From the NCBI GenBank assembly GCA_945897985.1, contig CAMDGN010000001.1, forward strand, positions 1 through 61,038: a stretch of 61,038 bases of DNA, given 5' to 3'. Below the pieces are notes generated by a model that made no database searches, was not told the DNA's origin, and saw only the letters and a program-made list of their open reading frames with translations. The stretch comes from a candidate division WWE3 bacterium. Its GTDB lineage: Bacteria > Patescibacteriota > WWE3 > UBA101185 > UBA10185. The position numbers and the translations under genes were made by a program. How positions within the stretch are numbered: the first letter of the stretch is position 1; every line of letters starts with the position of its first letter. This document shows, piece by piece, positions 42,963 through 53,700 of this stretch.

Positions 42963-43078
42963 CCTCGGTGATGATACCGGTAGGGACCCACCTCTTTCCA
43001 TTCCGAACAGAGCAGTTAAACCTACCAGGGCCGAAAATATTTAAGCTAGTCTTTGAGAAGATAGGTCGTCGCCGGGGT
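42963..43078 (+). rRNA. rrf: 5S rRNA
   Basis: CCTCGGTGATGA...CCATTCCGAAC...TCGTCGCCGGGG terminal stem. Confidence 0.93.
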
Positions 43079-43182
43079 AAAACCAATAAATTATTTACTT
43101 ATACATCCAATTTCATTATAATCCCCATTAGTATTTCCCTAAAAGAAGTACAAGTATTTAGTTAAATGCCCAAGAAAATAAT

Positions 43183-44292
43183 ATGAAATCCTATCAAGTA
43201 TCAAACGTTAATTCCCAAATGGACGAGTTACTAAAATCAAATCCTATTGCTGTAAAACAGTTAAAAATAGCTGATTTGGTTAACGGTATCGTTGTCGAAG
43301 TATCAAAAGACCAAATCTTAGTTGATATTGGTTCAAAATCAGAAGGAATTGTACCTAAAGAAGAATTCACAGAAAATCACGAATTAGAAAAAACTCTAAA
43401 AATCGGTGATTCAATTGTTTGTTTAGTTGTACAACCTGAAGATAAACAAGGTTACGCAATTCTTTCTCTAAGAAAAGCTGAAAAAGAAAAAACCTGGAGA
43501 GATCTTGAAAATGCATTTAGAGATAATTCAATTATCGAATCAACTGTTATTGAATATAACAAAGGTGGTTTATTAGTTGATATTACTGGAACTAGAGGTT
43601 TCATTCCTCTATCTCACTTAAATAGAGCTCACTTCACTGAAGAAATCGGTGATTTCAACGGTGGATCCGAAAACGAACTTAAGAACGCTCTTAAAGTTCT
43701 TTCAGGAAAAAAACTAACTGTTAAAGTTATTGAAATCGATAAAGTTAAAAACAGATTAGTTCTATCCGAAAAAGACGCTTCATCTGAGTATTCAGAAGAA
43801 GAGAAAGTAAAGAAACTGCAAAGCGTAAAAGCTGGGGACGTTCTTAACGGAATTGTCACTGGAATTATGCAATTTGGTATCTTTGTTGATTTAGACGGTC
43901 TAGAAGGACTTGTACACATCTCAGAAATTGCTTGGGAAAAAGTTTCAAACCCTGGAGATTACTTCAGCGTTGGAGCTCCAATCAAAGTTTTAGTTTTAGG
44001 AATTGATGAAAATTCTAAGAAACTAGCCCTTTCTGTTAAGAGATTATCAAATAATCCATGGGAAGGTGTTGAGGAAAGATATAAAGTTGGGCAAGAAGTT
44101 AAAGGTAAAGTTTCTAAAGTTGTTCCATTTGGAGTATTCGTTACTCTAGAGCAAGGTTTAGAAGGACTTGTTCATATCTCTGAGCTTAAAGATAAATTAA
44201 ACGTAGGAGATGAAGTCGAAGCCTTGGTAACTAACATCGACGGAGCTAACCAAAAATTAGCTTTAAGTACTAAGCAGTTTAAAAGAGAATAA
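43183..44292 (+). CDS. rpsA: Ribosomal protein S1 (four S1 domains)
   Basis: KSEG, RGFIP.S, EGLVHISE repeats. Confidence 0.9.
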   Translation: MKSYQVSNVNSQMDELLKSNPIAVKQLKIADLVNGIVVEVSKDQILVDIGSKSEGIVPKEEFTENHELEKTLKIGDSIVCLVVQPEDKQGYAILSLRKAEKEKTWRDLENAFRDNSIIESTVIEYNKGGLLVDITGTRGFIPLSHLNRAHFTEEIGDFNGGSENELKNALKVLSGKKLTVKVIEIDKVKNRLVLSEKDASSEYSEEEKVKKLQSVKAGDVLNGIVTGIMQFGIFVDLDGLEGLVHISEIAWEKVSNPGDYFSVGAPIKVLVLGIDENSKKLALSVKRLSNNPWEGVEERYKVGQEVKGKVSKVVPFGVFVTLEQGLEGLVHISELKDKLNVGDEVEALVTNIDGANQKLALSTKQFKRE

Positions 44293-44295
44293 CAA

Positions 44296-46578
44296 TTGTT
44301 AATCTTAGATAAACTAACAGAAAAGGCTAAGGACGTATTGCTTGAGTTGTCTAAAAACAACTCAAGCTCTAAAGATGCTAAATCGGTTCTTGAGGTAATT
44401 AATAATTCCTCAGGAATCGGTAAGGCACTTATTCAAAGCATTCCCAAAATTAAAATTAAATTAGATGAAAGTGTTGATTTAAATGCTCTTGTTCAAGAAG
44501 CTTTCTATCAAGCTTACAAACTTAAAACCAGCTATGTTGGAACAGAACATCTTCTTTTAGCTCTTTTAAAATTAACTGGCAACAACGATTTAAGTCTTTT
44601 GACCAAAGAACTTGGAAAATTAAATTCTTTTCCTTCTTTTGTTAAAAGTGTTGAATCACAAAAAAGAACCCCAATTCTTGATGCGTTCGGAATTAATTTA
44701 AACAAAAAATACCTCTCTCAATCTGAAAAAGTTATAGCTAGAGATGAAGTGGATGTTTTAATTTCAATTCTATTGCAAAAAGATAATTATTCACCGCTAA
44801 TTGTTGGCGATTTGGGTGTTGGCAAAAGATCACTAGTTAATTTATTTGTTAATAAGTTAATTGATAACGAAGTTCCTTCCGTTTTGTTAGACACTACAAT
44901 AATTGATTTTGATATTGTCGGGTTCATCTCCAGTTTTTCAAATAAGGAAGGCCTAGAGTACGGAATTTCTTCTTTAACCGAGGAATTAGAAACCTTTGAT
45001 AAAGTAATTCTTTATTTCAAAAACTTCCAATCAATTTTCGTACCTACTCAAGGAGGTTTAACAGTCCCCCTTGCTTTTGCTATGATTCACGATCAGCTGA
45101 AAGACTATGGAGTTAAATTGATTGCTATTATGAACACACCAGTTTATGAAAAAGTTGTTGCTGAAAATGAACACGTATTAGACGGTTTCTCAACTATTTC
45201 TTTAGAGGAGCCTGAGGATGACATCAATAAAAAAATTATTAAAGAAAAATTAGCCGAACTTAAAAATTTCCACAATATTAAAGTTGAAGAAGATGTGGCT
45301 GAATTTGCCTTTAATAAAGCTAAAGAAATAAGAAATGCTAAATTTCCTAAGAAAGTTGTGGATTTATTAGATCAATCCTTTACAAAAATTTTACTTAAAA
45401 ATTCTAAAGTTCCTGCTAAATACAAAAATTTAATAAAGAAGAAAAATCTATTGTGGGAAGAGTTTAACGCTTTAATCGAAGAATCAGATTTTGGAGAGGC
45501 TCTAAAATTAAAAAATAAATTCGATAAAGCTAATGTCAGATTAGGTGAGGTTTACAAGGAAATCAACTCCTCAAAAAATTTAACGTTAACTACAGAAGAA
45601 ATTGACGATGTTTTAGAGGAAATGGGTAATATAAGAATTGGCTCCAAAAACCAAGATTTCACACATCTTTCAAAACTTTCAGAATCAATGAAAAAGATAA
45701 TTATTGGCCAAGATGAAAGTGTTGGTATTGTTGCCAAATCTTTGATTAAATCAAAATTAGGACTTAGAAATTCCAAAAAACCATTAGGTAACTTCCTATT
45801 TTTAGGTCCAACTGGGGTTGGTAAAACCGAATTTGCTAAAGCTTTGGCAACAGAATTTTATGGCCAAGGATCATTAATTAGACTTGATATGTCTGATTTT
45901 GCCGAAAAACACAATGTAGCTAGACTTGTTGGAGCACCTCCAGGATATGTTGGATTTGGTGAAGGCGGAGAACTTACAGAAAAGATCGAAAAAAATCCAT
46001 CTAGTGTTGTGTTATTTGACGAAATTGAGAAAGCACACCCCGATGTTTTAAATATCTTGCTTCAAATTATGGAGGAAGGTGAGCTAAACGATGCTAAAGG
46101 TCAGACTTTTGATTTTTCAAAGTCTGTAATTATTCTAACTTCAAACTTAGGAACCGAGTTCTTCCACAAAAATCAAATTGGACTTACAACTGAAACTTTT
46201 TCAAAGGAGCTTTCGAAGAATAAACTATTAGATAACTTGAAAAAAGTTATGAGGCCGGAGCTAATTAATAGATTTGATGAAGTTGTAATTTTCAGTCAAC
46301 TTGAAAAAGATGATCAAATTAGGATTTTAGACAAACAATTATTTGAACTATTTTCAATTCTTAAAAAACAAAAAATCGATTTAATTGTAACTAAAGCTGT
46401 TAATGACTTATTAATAGAAATCGGATACTCTAAGGAGTACGGTGCTAGAGGTCTCAAGAGAATGATTGAAAAAGAGTTGGTTAATAAAATCGCCGAAGTT
46501 TTACTTTCAAATCCGGAAAGACCTTTATCTCTAAAAGCAGTAGAAAAAGATAAAGAAATTCATATCCAGAAGAAGTAA
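44296..46578 (+). CDS. ClpC/ClpA-like AAA+ chaperone with degenerate first ATPase domain
   Basis: Clp-N GTEHLLL; D2 GPTGVGKTE, GAPPGYVG, LFDEIEKAH. Confidence 0.88.
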   Translation: MLILDKLTEKAKDVLLELSKNNSSSKDAKSVLEVINNSSGIGKALIQSIPKIKIKLDESVDLNALVQEAFYQAYKLKTSYVGTEHLLLALLKLTGNNDLSLLTKELGKLNSFPSFVKSVESQKRTPILDAFGINLNKKYLSQSEKVIARDEVDVLISILLQKDNYSPLIVGDLGVGKRSLVNLFVNKLIDNEVPSVLLDTTIIDFDIVGFISSFSNKEGLEYGISSLTEELETFDKVILYFKNFQSIFVPTQGGLTVPLAFAMIHDQLKDYGVKLIAIMNTPVYEKVVAENEHVLDGFSTISLEEPEDDINKKIIKEKLAELKNFHNIKVEEDVAEFAFNKAKEIRNAKFPKKVVDLLDQSFTKILLKNSKVPAKYKNLIKKKNLLWEEFNALIEESDFGEALKLKNKFDKANVRLGEVYKEINSSKNLTLTTEEIDDVLEEMGNIRIGSKNQDFTHLSKLSESMKKIIIGQDESVGIVAKSLIKSKLGLRNSKKPLGNFLFLGPTGVGKTEFAKALATEFYGQGSLIRLDMSDFAEKHNVARLVGAPPGYVGFGEGGELTEKIEKNPSSVVLFDEIEKAHPDVLNILLQIMEEGELNDAKGQTFDFSKSVIILTSNLGTEFFHKNQIGLTTETFSKELSKNKLLDNLKKVMRPELINRFDEVVIFSQLEKDDQIRILDKQLFELFSILKKQKIDLIVTKAVNDLLIEIGYSKEYGARGLKRMIEKELVNKIAEVLLSNPERPLSLKAVEKDKEIHIQKK

Positions 46579-46593
46579 AATTTTAAACTTAAA

Positions 46594-47919
46594 ATGGCAA
46601 AATCCAAAACTGTATATATCTGTCAAAGTTGTTCGTACCAATCAATACGTTGGACTGGTCAATGTCCCGAGTGTAATGCTTGGAATACTTTAGTTGAGGA
46701 AGTAATCTCCAAAACCCCAGTCGGGGCTGCAAAATCTTATTCAAATGTAAATGTTAAATTGATTCGACTTGCCGATGTTAAATACGAAGAATCGAAAAGA
46801 TTCTCTTCTGGGTTTAGCGAATTTGATCGAGTTTTAGGCGGCGGTTTTGTTGCAGGTCAAGTTATTTTAATGGCTGGCGAGCCTGGAATTGGAAAATCAA
46901 CAATTCTAACTCAGATCTGCCGCAACCTTTCTAATGACAAAATTTTATATGTTTGCGGCGAAGAAAACCCTGATCAAATTAAATTAAGAGCTGAACGACT
47001 TGGTGTAAATACTCATAACTTATTTATGATCACTGATACCGACGTAGAAATTATTATTGCTGGTGTTGAGCAAAATCCTGATACAAAACTTTTAATAATA
47101 GATTCAATGCAAACTTTAACCTCAAGTGAATTCATGGGAATTGCAGGAAGTGTGGGTCAAGTAAGAGGTTGTATTCAAAAAGTTGCTGAGGTTGTTAAAA
47201 GGTTAAACATTTCAACCATTGTTATTGGTCATGTAACTAAGGAAGGAACAGTTGCCGGCCCTAAAGTTTTAGAACACTTAGTGGACACAGTTTTATATTT
47301 AGAAGGGGATCACAACCATCTTTTTAGAGTCCTAAAAACTATCAAGAATCGATTTGGACCTGTATCTGAAATTGGACTCTTTGAGATGGCTGAAGAGGGT
47401 TTACGGGAGGTTTTAAACCCCTCAGAGATATTTTTATCAGAGAGGTCTAAGGTTTCCGTTGGAAGTTGCGTTTCAGTTGTAATGGAAGGTTTTAGACCCT
47501 TAATGTTTGAGATACAAGTTTTAACCACCAAAACAATGTTTGGTTATCCAATGAGAAAAGCCTCAGGATTTAATGTAAACAGATTGCAGTTATTGATCGC
47601 TGTATTAGAGAAAAAATGCAAAATTGATTTATCCCAACAAGATGTTTTTGTAAATGTAGCTGGAGGGTTTAAAGTTTCAGAGTACGGGGTCGACTTGGCT
47701 GTTTGTTTAGCCCTAGTTTCTTCCGTTAATAATAAAACAATTAATTCAGACCTTTGCGCTTTTGGTGAGGTAGGTCTTTTGGGAGAGATAAGAAAAGTTT
47801 CCCAAATGGATAAAAGAGTTTCAGAAGCCAAAAAACTTGGTTTCAAAAAAATTGTATCCCCAAATGATTACAAAAATATTGCAGATGCTGTTTCGGAACT
47901 ATTTCCAAAAAATAAATAG
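46594..47919 (+). CDS. radA: DNA repair protein RadA/Sms
   Basis: C4 zinc finger, GEPGIGKST, KNRFG, GEVGL. Confidence 0.96.
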   Translation: MAKSKTVYICQSCSYQSIRWTGQCPECNAWNTLVEEVISKTPVGAAKSYSNVNVKLIRLADVKYEESKRFSSGFSEFDRVLGGGFVAGQVILMAGEPGIGKSTILTQICRNLSNDKILYVCGEENPDQIKLRAERLGVNTHNLFMITDTDVEIIIAGVEQNPDTKLLIIDSMQTLTSSEFMGIAGSVGQVRGCIQKVAEVVKRLNISTIVIGHVTKEGTVAGPKVLEHLVDTVLYLEGDHNHLFRVLKTIKNRFGPVSEIGLFEMAEEGLREVLNPSEIFLSERSKVSVGSCVSVVMEGFRPLMFEIQVLTTKTMFGYPMRKASGFNVNRLQLLIAVLEKKCKIDLSQQDVFVNVAGGFKVSEYGVDLAVCLALVSSVNNKTINSDLCAFGEVGLLGEIRKVSQMDKRVSEAKKLGFKKIVSPNDYKNIADAVSELFPKNK

Positions 47920-47921
47920 AA

Positions 47922-48254
47922 TTATTCCTCTATTGAAGTATTTCTTACTTTCCAATCCATAACTGAAAGGAAATACCAGGGTAAAGCAAAACCAACAGTT
48001 ATTAATAAAATAAATGCCCATTTAATCCAGAACCAGACTAGCGATCTACCCGTTCCATTAAATTTTAATCTTTTACCATTAATAACCGTGTGCTCAACTT
48101 CCCATTTAAAAGATCTAGCGATTACATATGGGTAGGCTATACCTATTGATAGTAAAGTAATGAATAAATTGGTGATCTGAAGAACTATAAATCCTACTAA
48201 GCCTCCGTCGAAATAAGATTCCATAACTGTAACTTGTTTTGTTTTATCTTCCAT
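47922..48254 (-). CDS. DUF898/YjgN-like small membrane protein
   Basis: FDGG...TLLSIGIAYP...INGKRLKFNG. Confidence 0.75.
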   Translation of the reverse strand: MEDKTKQVTVMESYFDGGLVGFIVLQITNLFITLLSIGIAYPYVIARSFKWEVEHTVINGKRLKFNGTGRSLVWFWIKWAFILLITVGFALPWYFLSVMDWKVRNTSIEE

Positions 48255-48323
48255 TTTGATTTTTTCCGAACAAATACTTACTATAGTATAAACATAAATA
48301 ATTTTATGTTGTAGTATAAATTT

Positions 48324-48722
48324 ATGAATAAAATAATTATTGCCCTAGTTATTCTTTCGATTACATTTGGTGCTGGCTACTATTTCTTTTTTAGACCTAT
48401 TCCAACCTCTCAAAACGATAAAATGAAAGCTGAGGAGCTTCAAGCAGATCCTTTGACTGTTGTTTATACCAATGAAGGCTATTTTCCAAAAGAAATCAAA
48501 ATTAAAAAAGGTGAAACCGTAAAATATATAAACATGTCAGATCGAAGGGTTTGGACTGCTTCAGACGAGCACCCAGCTCACACAATCTACCCGGAATTTG
48601 ATCAAAAAACTGCCGCAGGCAGAGGAAATGAATACACTTTTAAATTTGATAGAGTTGGAACTTGGGGATACCATAACCACGCAAACGCAAAGCATATAGG
48701 CACAGTTACTGTAACCGAATAA
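48324..48722 (+). CDS. Membrane-anchored cupredoxin-fold protein
   Basis: P..IKIKKGETV...HPAH...GTWGYHNH...GTVTV. Confidence 0.78.
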   Translation: MNKIIIALVILSITFGAGYYFFFRPIPTSQNDKMKAEELQADPLTVVYTNEGYFPKEIKIKKGETVKYINMSDRRVWTASDEHPAHTIYPEFDQKTAAGRGNEYTFKFDRVGTWGYHNHANAKHIGTVTVTE

Positions 48723-49111
48723 TTTCAAATCTATTTTAAATAGAAAATTTTAAATAATTTTTAATAAATTAATGATAAATTTGTAATTAATAATTTGGTT
48801 TAATAGGCAGGAAAAACTCTCCACAAGAAACGTCAATTGCGATAACCGCAGAGAGTTTTTTAACAATTAAACCCTCGATTTCTCGAGAATAAAATCTAAC
48901 TTCAGGACAGATGAAGTCTGTAGTTATTTAACTACATACTAAAAAGTTATCCAGCAAGATGTATTAGTAGATTCACACTTTTAGATTGGATTATCTATTA
49001 AAAATAGAAAATAAATTGAATTTTTTATCTTTTTATCTAGCTAAAAGTGCTTGAAATTTCAGCAAAATTTAATATGATATACCGGTTCGCTTAAATATCT
49101 GGAGGGATATT

Positions 49112-49552
49112 ATGTTTCGATGGATCGCTGTTTTTGTAGGCCTTCTTTTGGTGTTCGGAATCTACAGTTATGTGAGCCAAGAGCAAAAGGTAACCTTAGC
49201 TCAGACCGAAGCTCAGACTGAAACACCGACTGAAGCTCAGGTTGGGAAAGGCACTTCTCTTTCCGCGCTTGATGCGAGTGGGAAACTTCGGTACCTCACT
49301 ACAGAATGGGAAAGTTTGGAATTAGCAAATAAGGAAGTGAAGCAAGGAGAGTTTTGTTATGGAGACGAAGTTTCCTACAACAATCAAAACTTTAACTGGA
49401 AAGTTGTTCACTTCAACTCTCCTGCAAAAGTTTATGTTAAGTGGGGCGCTTGCACTACTGAGCCTTATACTTTTGAGCAGATTAAAAGTTTTCTCCAAGC
49501 TCGCTACCCTAATCGCCCGGGCAACTGGGAAGGCGCCGTCGAAGCTCCATGA
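49112..49552 (+). CDS. Orphan exported or membrane-anchored protein
   Basis: GGAGG SD, N-terminal hydrophobic segment, two Cys. Confidence 0.65.
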   Translation: MFRWIAVFVGLLLVFGIYSYVSQEQKVTLAQTEAQTETPTEAQVGKGTSLSALDASGKLRYLTTEWESLELANKEVKQGEFCYGDEVSYNNQNFNWKVVHFNSPAKVYVKWGACTTEPYTFEQIKSFLQARYPNRPGNWEGAVEAP

Positions 49553-49578
49553 GAATTTGTACATTTGATTGGAGTAAT

Positions 49579-49607
49579 GGGGTGGTTGGATTTTATCCAA
49601 CCACCCC
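49579..49607 (+). terminator. Hairpin terminator
   Basis: 13-bp stem GGGGTGGTTGGAT-ttt-ATCCAACCACCCC. Confidence 0.75.
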
Positions 49608-49720
49608 GATTCTTTTAGACTCAAAATAACCCATAGATATTGACATATAGGTCAAAAAGTCCTAAAATACACACGCGATTTGAAATCGCAAAGTTTACAT
49701 ATCATGGAGGAGAGAAAGAT

Positions 49721-50686
49721 ATGACGACACCAAAGAGTCCGAGCGAAAAGCTCAAGGCCATCCGTGACGAACAGGCCCGTAAAAAGGCCGAATTTGATGC
49801 GGAGCAGTTGAAGCTTATCGAGGCCTTGCGCCTCGAAAACGAGGCAGCTATTTTCTCCGAGGAAGCTGTAGCGAAAGCTGCAGCAGAAGAGTTTGACAAG
49901 GCTGAAAAAGTTGCAGAAACTGCTTTCAAAGAGGCGGAAGCCAAAAAGAAAGTTGTTCAGAAGCTAACAGATCAGCATTTAAAACTTTTTGGAAGAAAGC
50001 CCTCATCCAAATATAAGGATTCTGATGACACAGACGAAGGGCTCGCCCCGAGTTTGAAGGATTGGGTTTCTAAAATCTGGGGTTGGATGGTTTTCCTTCT
50101 TCCGAAGGTATTCAAGGTTCTCCTTCTGGCGGTCATTGCCTGGTTTTTGGTTTGGGGATATTTTGGGATTGCGAATTTCATGGGGAATGCGGATGCTAGT
50201 GTTGGTTACGATGCTGGAGCTATATCAGATCCAGAATCAACAGTAGTACCTACAACAAGCATTCCAGAGCCAACTGCGCTTTCTGAATCAGTTGTTGAAC
50301 AAACAGCCGTACCAGAACCAACAGCTGAGCCGACTGCGATTGCCAATTCTAACCCAAAGCCTATAAAGCCTATGGAACAAAAGCCAAAGCCTGTTGCTAA
50401 GCCAACGTCGGTACCAGTAGCTCCTGCGATTCCAATAACATGGAACAGCGGACCAACTGGATCTTACAAGCCCATGGCTGGCATGATCTGCCATGGCGAC
50501 ATGGTAGGTCCGTTTGGTTCCTCAGACGGGACCCGTCCAGTCATTGTTCAATTCTGGTCTAATCAACCAGAGCCACTGAACATGGTGTGGGTCTCTTGTG
50601 AGGTCAATACCGGCCGAAATCTTAACCAGATTAAGGCTGAGATTGAAGCCAAGTACGGAAAGACCTTTGAGGTGGTCAATAACTAA
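49721..50686 (+). CDS. Orphan bitopic protein: coiled coil, TM, Pro/Thr linker, small C-terminal domain
   Basis: Start moved to ATG 49721 after TTGACA-17-TAAAAT and GGAGGAG; repeated EPT units. Confidence 0.7.
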   Translation: MTTPKSPSEKLKAIRDEQARKKAEFDAEQLKLIEALRLENEAAIFSEEAVAKAAAEEFDKAEKVAETAFKEAEAKKKVVQKLTDQHLKLFGRKPSSKYKDSDDTDEGLAPSLKDWVSKIWGWMVFLLPKVFKVLLLAVIAWFLVWGYFGIANFMGNADASVGYDAGAISDPESTVVPTTSIPEPTALSESVVEQTAVPEPTAEPTAIANSNPKPIKPMEQKPKPVAKPTSVPVAPAIPITWNSGPTGSYKPMAGMICHGDMVGPFGSSDGTRPVIVQFWSNQPEPLNMVWVSCEVNTGRNLNQIKAEIEAKYGKTFEVVNN

Positions 50687-50692
50687 CCTCAC

Positions 50693-50721
50693 GAGGGACG
50701 GTAATTTTATTACCGTCCCTC
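50693..50721 (+). terminator. Hairpin terminator
   Basis: 13-bp stem GAGGGACGGTAAT-ttt-ATTACCGTCCCTC. Confidence 0.75.
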
Positions 50722-50789
50722 CATTCGTTTCTATTCTAAATCCCTAATTACGATTAATAAAAAATTATTAAATACGCTAAAATAAGATA

Positions 50790-53700
50790 ATGAATACTGC
50801 CAAAAAAATTAAAGATTATATTTTAATCGCTATTTTAATTTTAATTCCGGCAGTTATTTCCTATCAAAATTTTAATTCTGGAACCTATCTTTCTGGCTGG
50901 GATACAATACATTCCGAATTTGATTTCAATATTACTTTTAGTAGACTTCTTTCTCCAACCTATATGGATCATCAAGGTCTAGGGGCAGTTTCTTCTCAAT
51001 CCCATATAGCTGAATTACCAAGAATTATTTTTATTTACCTACTATCTTTTGTTGCTAGTGAGAATTTTCTAAGATATTCTTGGATTTTTTTAATGTTAAT
51101 AATTGGTCCTCTCGGTGTTTATTTTTTCTTAAAGGAACTTCTTACACAAGATGCAGAAGACGATGAAGACGAGTCCATGTTATTTCCCTCTTTTATTGGA
51201 GCTATATTTTATTTAACCAATCTTTCGGTTGTCCAACACTTTGATGTTCCGCTCGAAATGTTTGTAACATTCTTTGGTTTCTTAGGTTTTGTATTTTTAT
51301 TTATTCTTAAATGCCAAAGAGATTTTTCTAAAAAGAACTTTCTTTATTTAGTTTTATTTTCGTTTCTAATTTCGCCTTCATCTCATACAGCTACCTTGTT
51401 CTACATGTTCCTACTATTTACCGGTCTATATCTTTTGGTTCAAACATTGTCGTCTGATAATAAATTAGGAGCATTAAAAAATTCAGCTCAAATTTTGTTA
51501 ACAATATTTTTGACTAATCTTTTTTGGATTCTTCCGAACATTTATTTTATTCTGACTCACGGGATTGAAGTTTCCAATTCAAAAATTCACACTCTATTTT
51601 CTGATCAAGCTTACCTTTCAAATCTTTCATTTGGAAATCTATCTGATATTGCGATACTTAAAAACTATTTGTTTATCTGGCAAATTTGGAACAAAGACAG
51701 GTTTTCGCCCTTGCTTGGATCTTGGGTTGATAATTTAAATACCGGAATAGCTCTTTTTGGTTTTGCTATTTTCTTTTTTGCTATTTTTGGGATGGGACTT
51801 TCGTTGGTTAAGAAGGAGAAGAAGTTATTTGGATTTATTGCAACCTTTCTATTCTGCGCCTTTTTTATTGCCTCTTCTAAATCGGTTATAGGTGATGTGA
51901 TTGATTTTCTTAGAAACAACGTTCCTTTTTTACAAGAAGCATTAAGATTTCCATTCAATAAATTTTCAACTTTATTCTCATTTTCTGTTTCGATATTCTT
52001 AGCTTATTTCTTTTACCTTGTTTTCAATATAAGCAAAATGAAGGCTTTAAATATAACTACTTCGTTTTTATTTTTAGTATTTTCCTGCGTCTTCTTCCTA
52101 CCTGCCTTTAGAGGTGAGTTGATTAATCCGTTAATGAGAGTCAACTTCGATAACGCTTATTTTGAAATGTTTGATTACTTTAAAAATCAACCTGAGTACG
52201 GAAGAGTAGCTGACCTTCCGATTCATAGTGTTTATGGATGGTCTTATTATAAATTTGGTTATCAAGGGGCTGGTTTTTTGTGGTTTGGGATTGATAAGCC
52301 GCTCTTAAATAGGGAATTTGATAGATGGGGAGTTAAGAATGAAGATTACTACAATGAAATGTCCTTTGGTATTTACAATGATAATCCTAAGTTAGTTGAA
52401 AATGTATTAAATAAATATCAAGTAAGATGGGTGCTTGTTGACGAAAATATTTTTTCTCCTGGAGATGACCCTAAAATACTTCATCTTGGGGAAGCTAAAA
52501 AGACTTTATCTCAGGTTCCAAATTTAAAACTTGATAAACAAATCGGGGAAAATATTTATATTTATAAATTTTTCCCAAAGGTTGATTTTGTTAAAAATAA
52601 ATATATAGATAAAGCTTCGTTTTTATCAAACGAGTCGTTCCGAGAAAATGAAGACCTAGTGTTTTCGACTCTTGGAAATTACTACTCAGTTAAATCATCT
52701 GAAGTCACTTTTGGTTTAAAAACAGCAACTGAAATTTTAAATCCTAAACTTATTTCATCGGATGAAAAAACAATTACTATCTCTAATGTCGCTGGAGTTA
52801 AGGCGAACCAAGTTTCTGCGGAAATTAAACTGTCTTTTCCATCGCTTGATCTAAAAGTTGGAAGTATTGAAACTAACTATAAAATCTCAAACGCGGCCTC
52901 TGATTATTTATCTTTAAACTCAACCTTACTATCTACAAATAGACCTCAAACCTTAAATCTTTCGCAAGATAATTCGATTACAGTTTGGAAAAAAATAAGT
53001 GAAGTCGGCTATCCAGAAATTAAAAATTATATTTCTATTATTAACTGCGGTCTTGATACTCAGGATACTTCTTATTCTCTTGAGCAAAGGGGTACTTCAG
53101 ATCTTGTTATAAACTCCCAAAACGCTGATGCTTGTGTCAATTTTGATTTAAGAGGACTCTTAAAGAATAAAACTTTTGATTCTTATATTGTCTCTTTCGA
53201 TGTTAAAGCAAGTCATAATTTCCCAACATTTTGTTCTGTAAACAACAATAATTGCTTTAAAGAAAACGTCACAGAAACATTCCAAAAACTTCTCTCTAAG
53301 GATGAAAATATTTTAAGATTATTTAATAAATCAGGAAAAGATATTCAATCAGAAATAATAGTTTCTAACTTAAAACTTACTTTAATTAAAAATGCAGGAC
53401 TGATGAGCGTTAAATTACCTGAAGCTCTGTTTAACAAAAGTGACACTCTTGTTATCAAGAAGAACTTTGATTTTAGCGGTACCCTTGAAAGATTTGGTTT
53501 TAATCCAAGAGTTTGTGGAAGATCTGATTCAGTAAAATCTGAGTTAGGTGTTTTCGAGTCTTCGGATTTGAATCTTTGTGACTCCTACAATATAAATTAT
53601 GACGCAAATTCATATTCAATAGTTGAGATTAAATCAAAAAATTATGCCGGTCTTCCACTAAGGCTTTGTTTACAAAACACCGAGACTTACAGATGTGATT

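Noticed and set aside
49640..49720. N-terminal extension of ORF 49640-50686 from a TTG start
   Set aside because: The TTG is the -35 box (TTGACA); the SD-led ATG at 49721 is the better start
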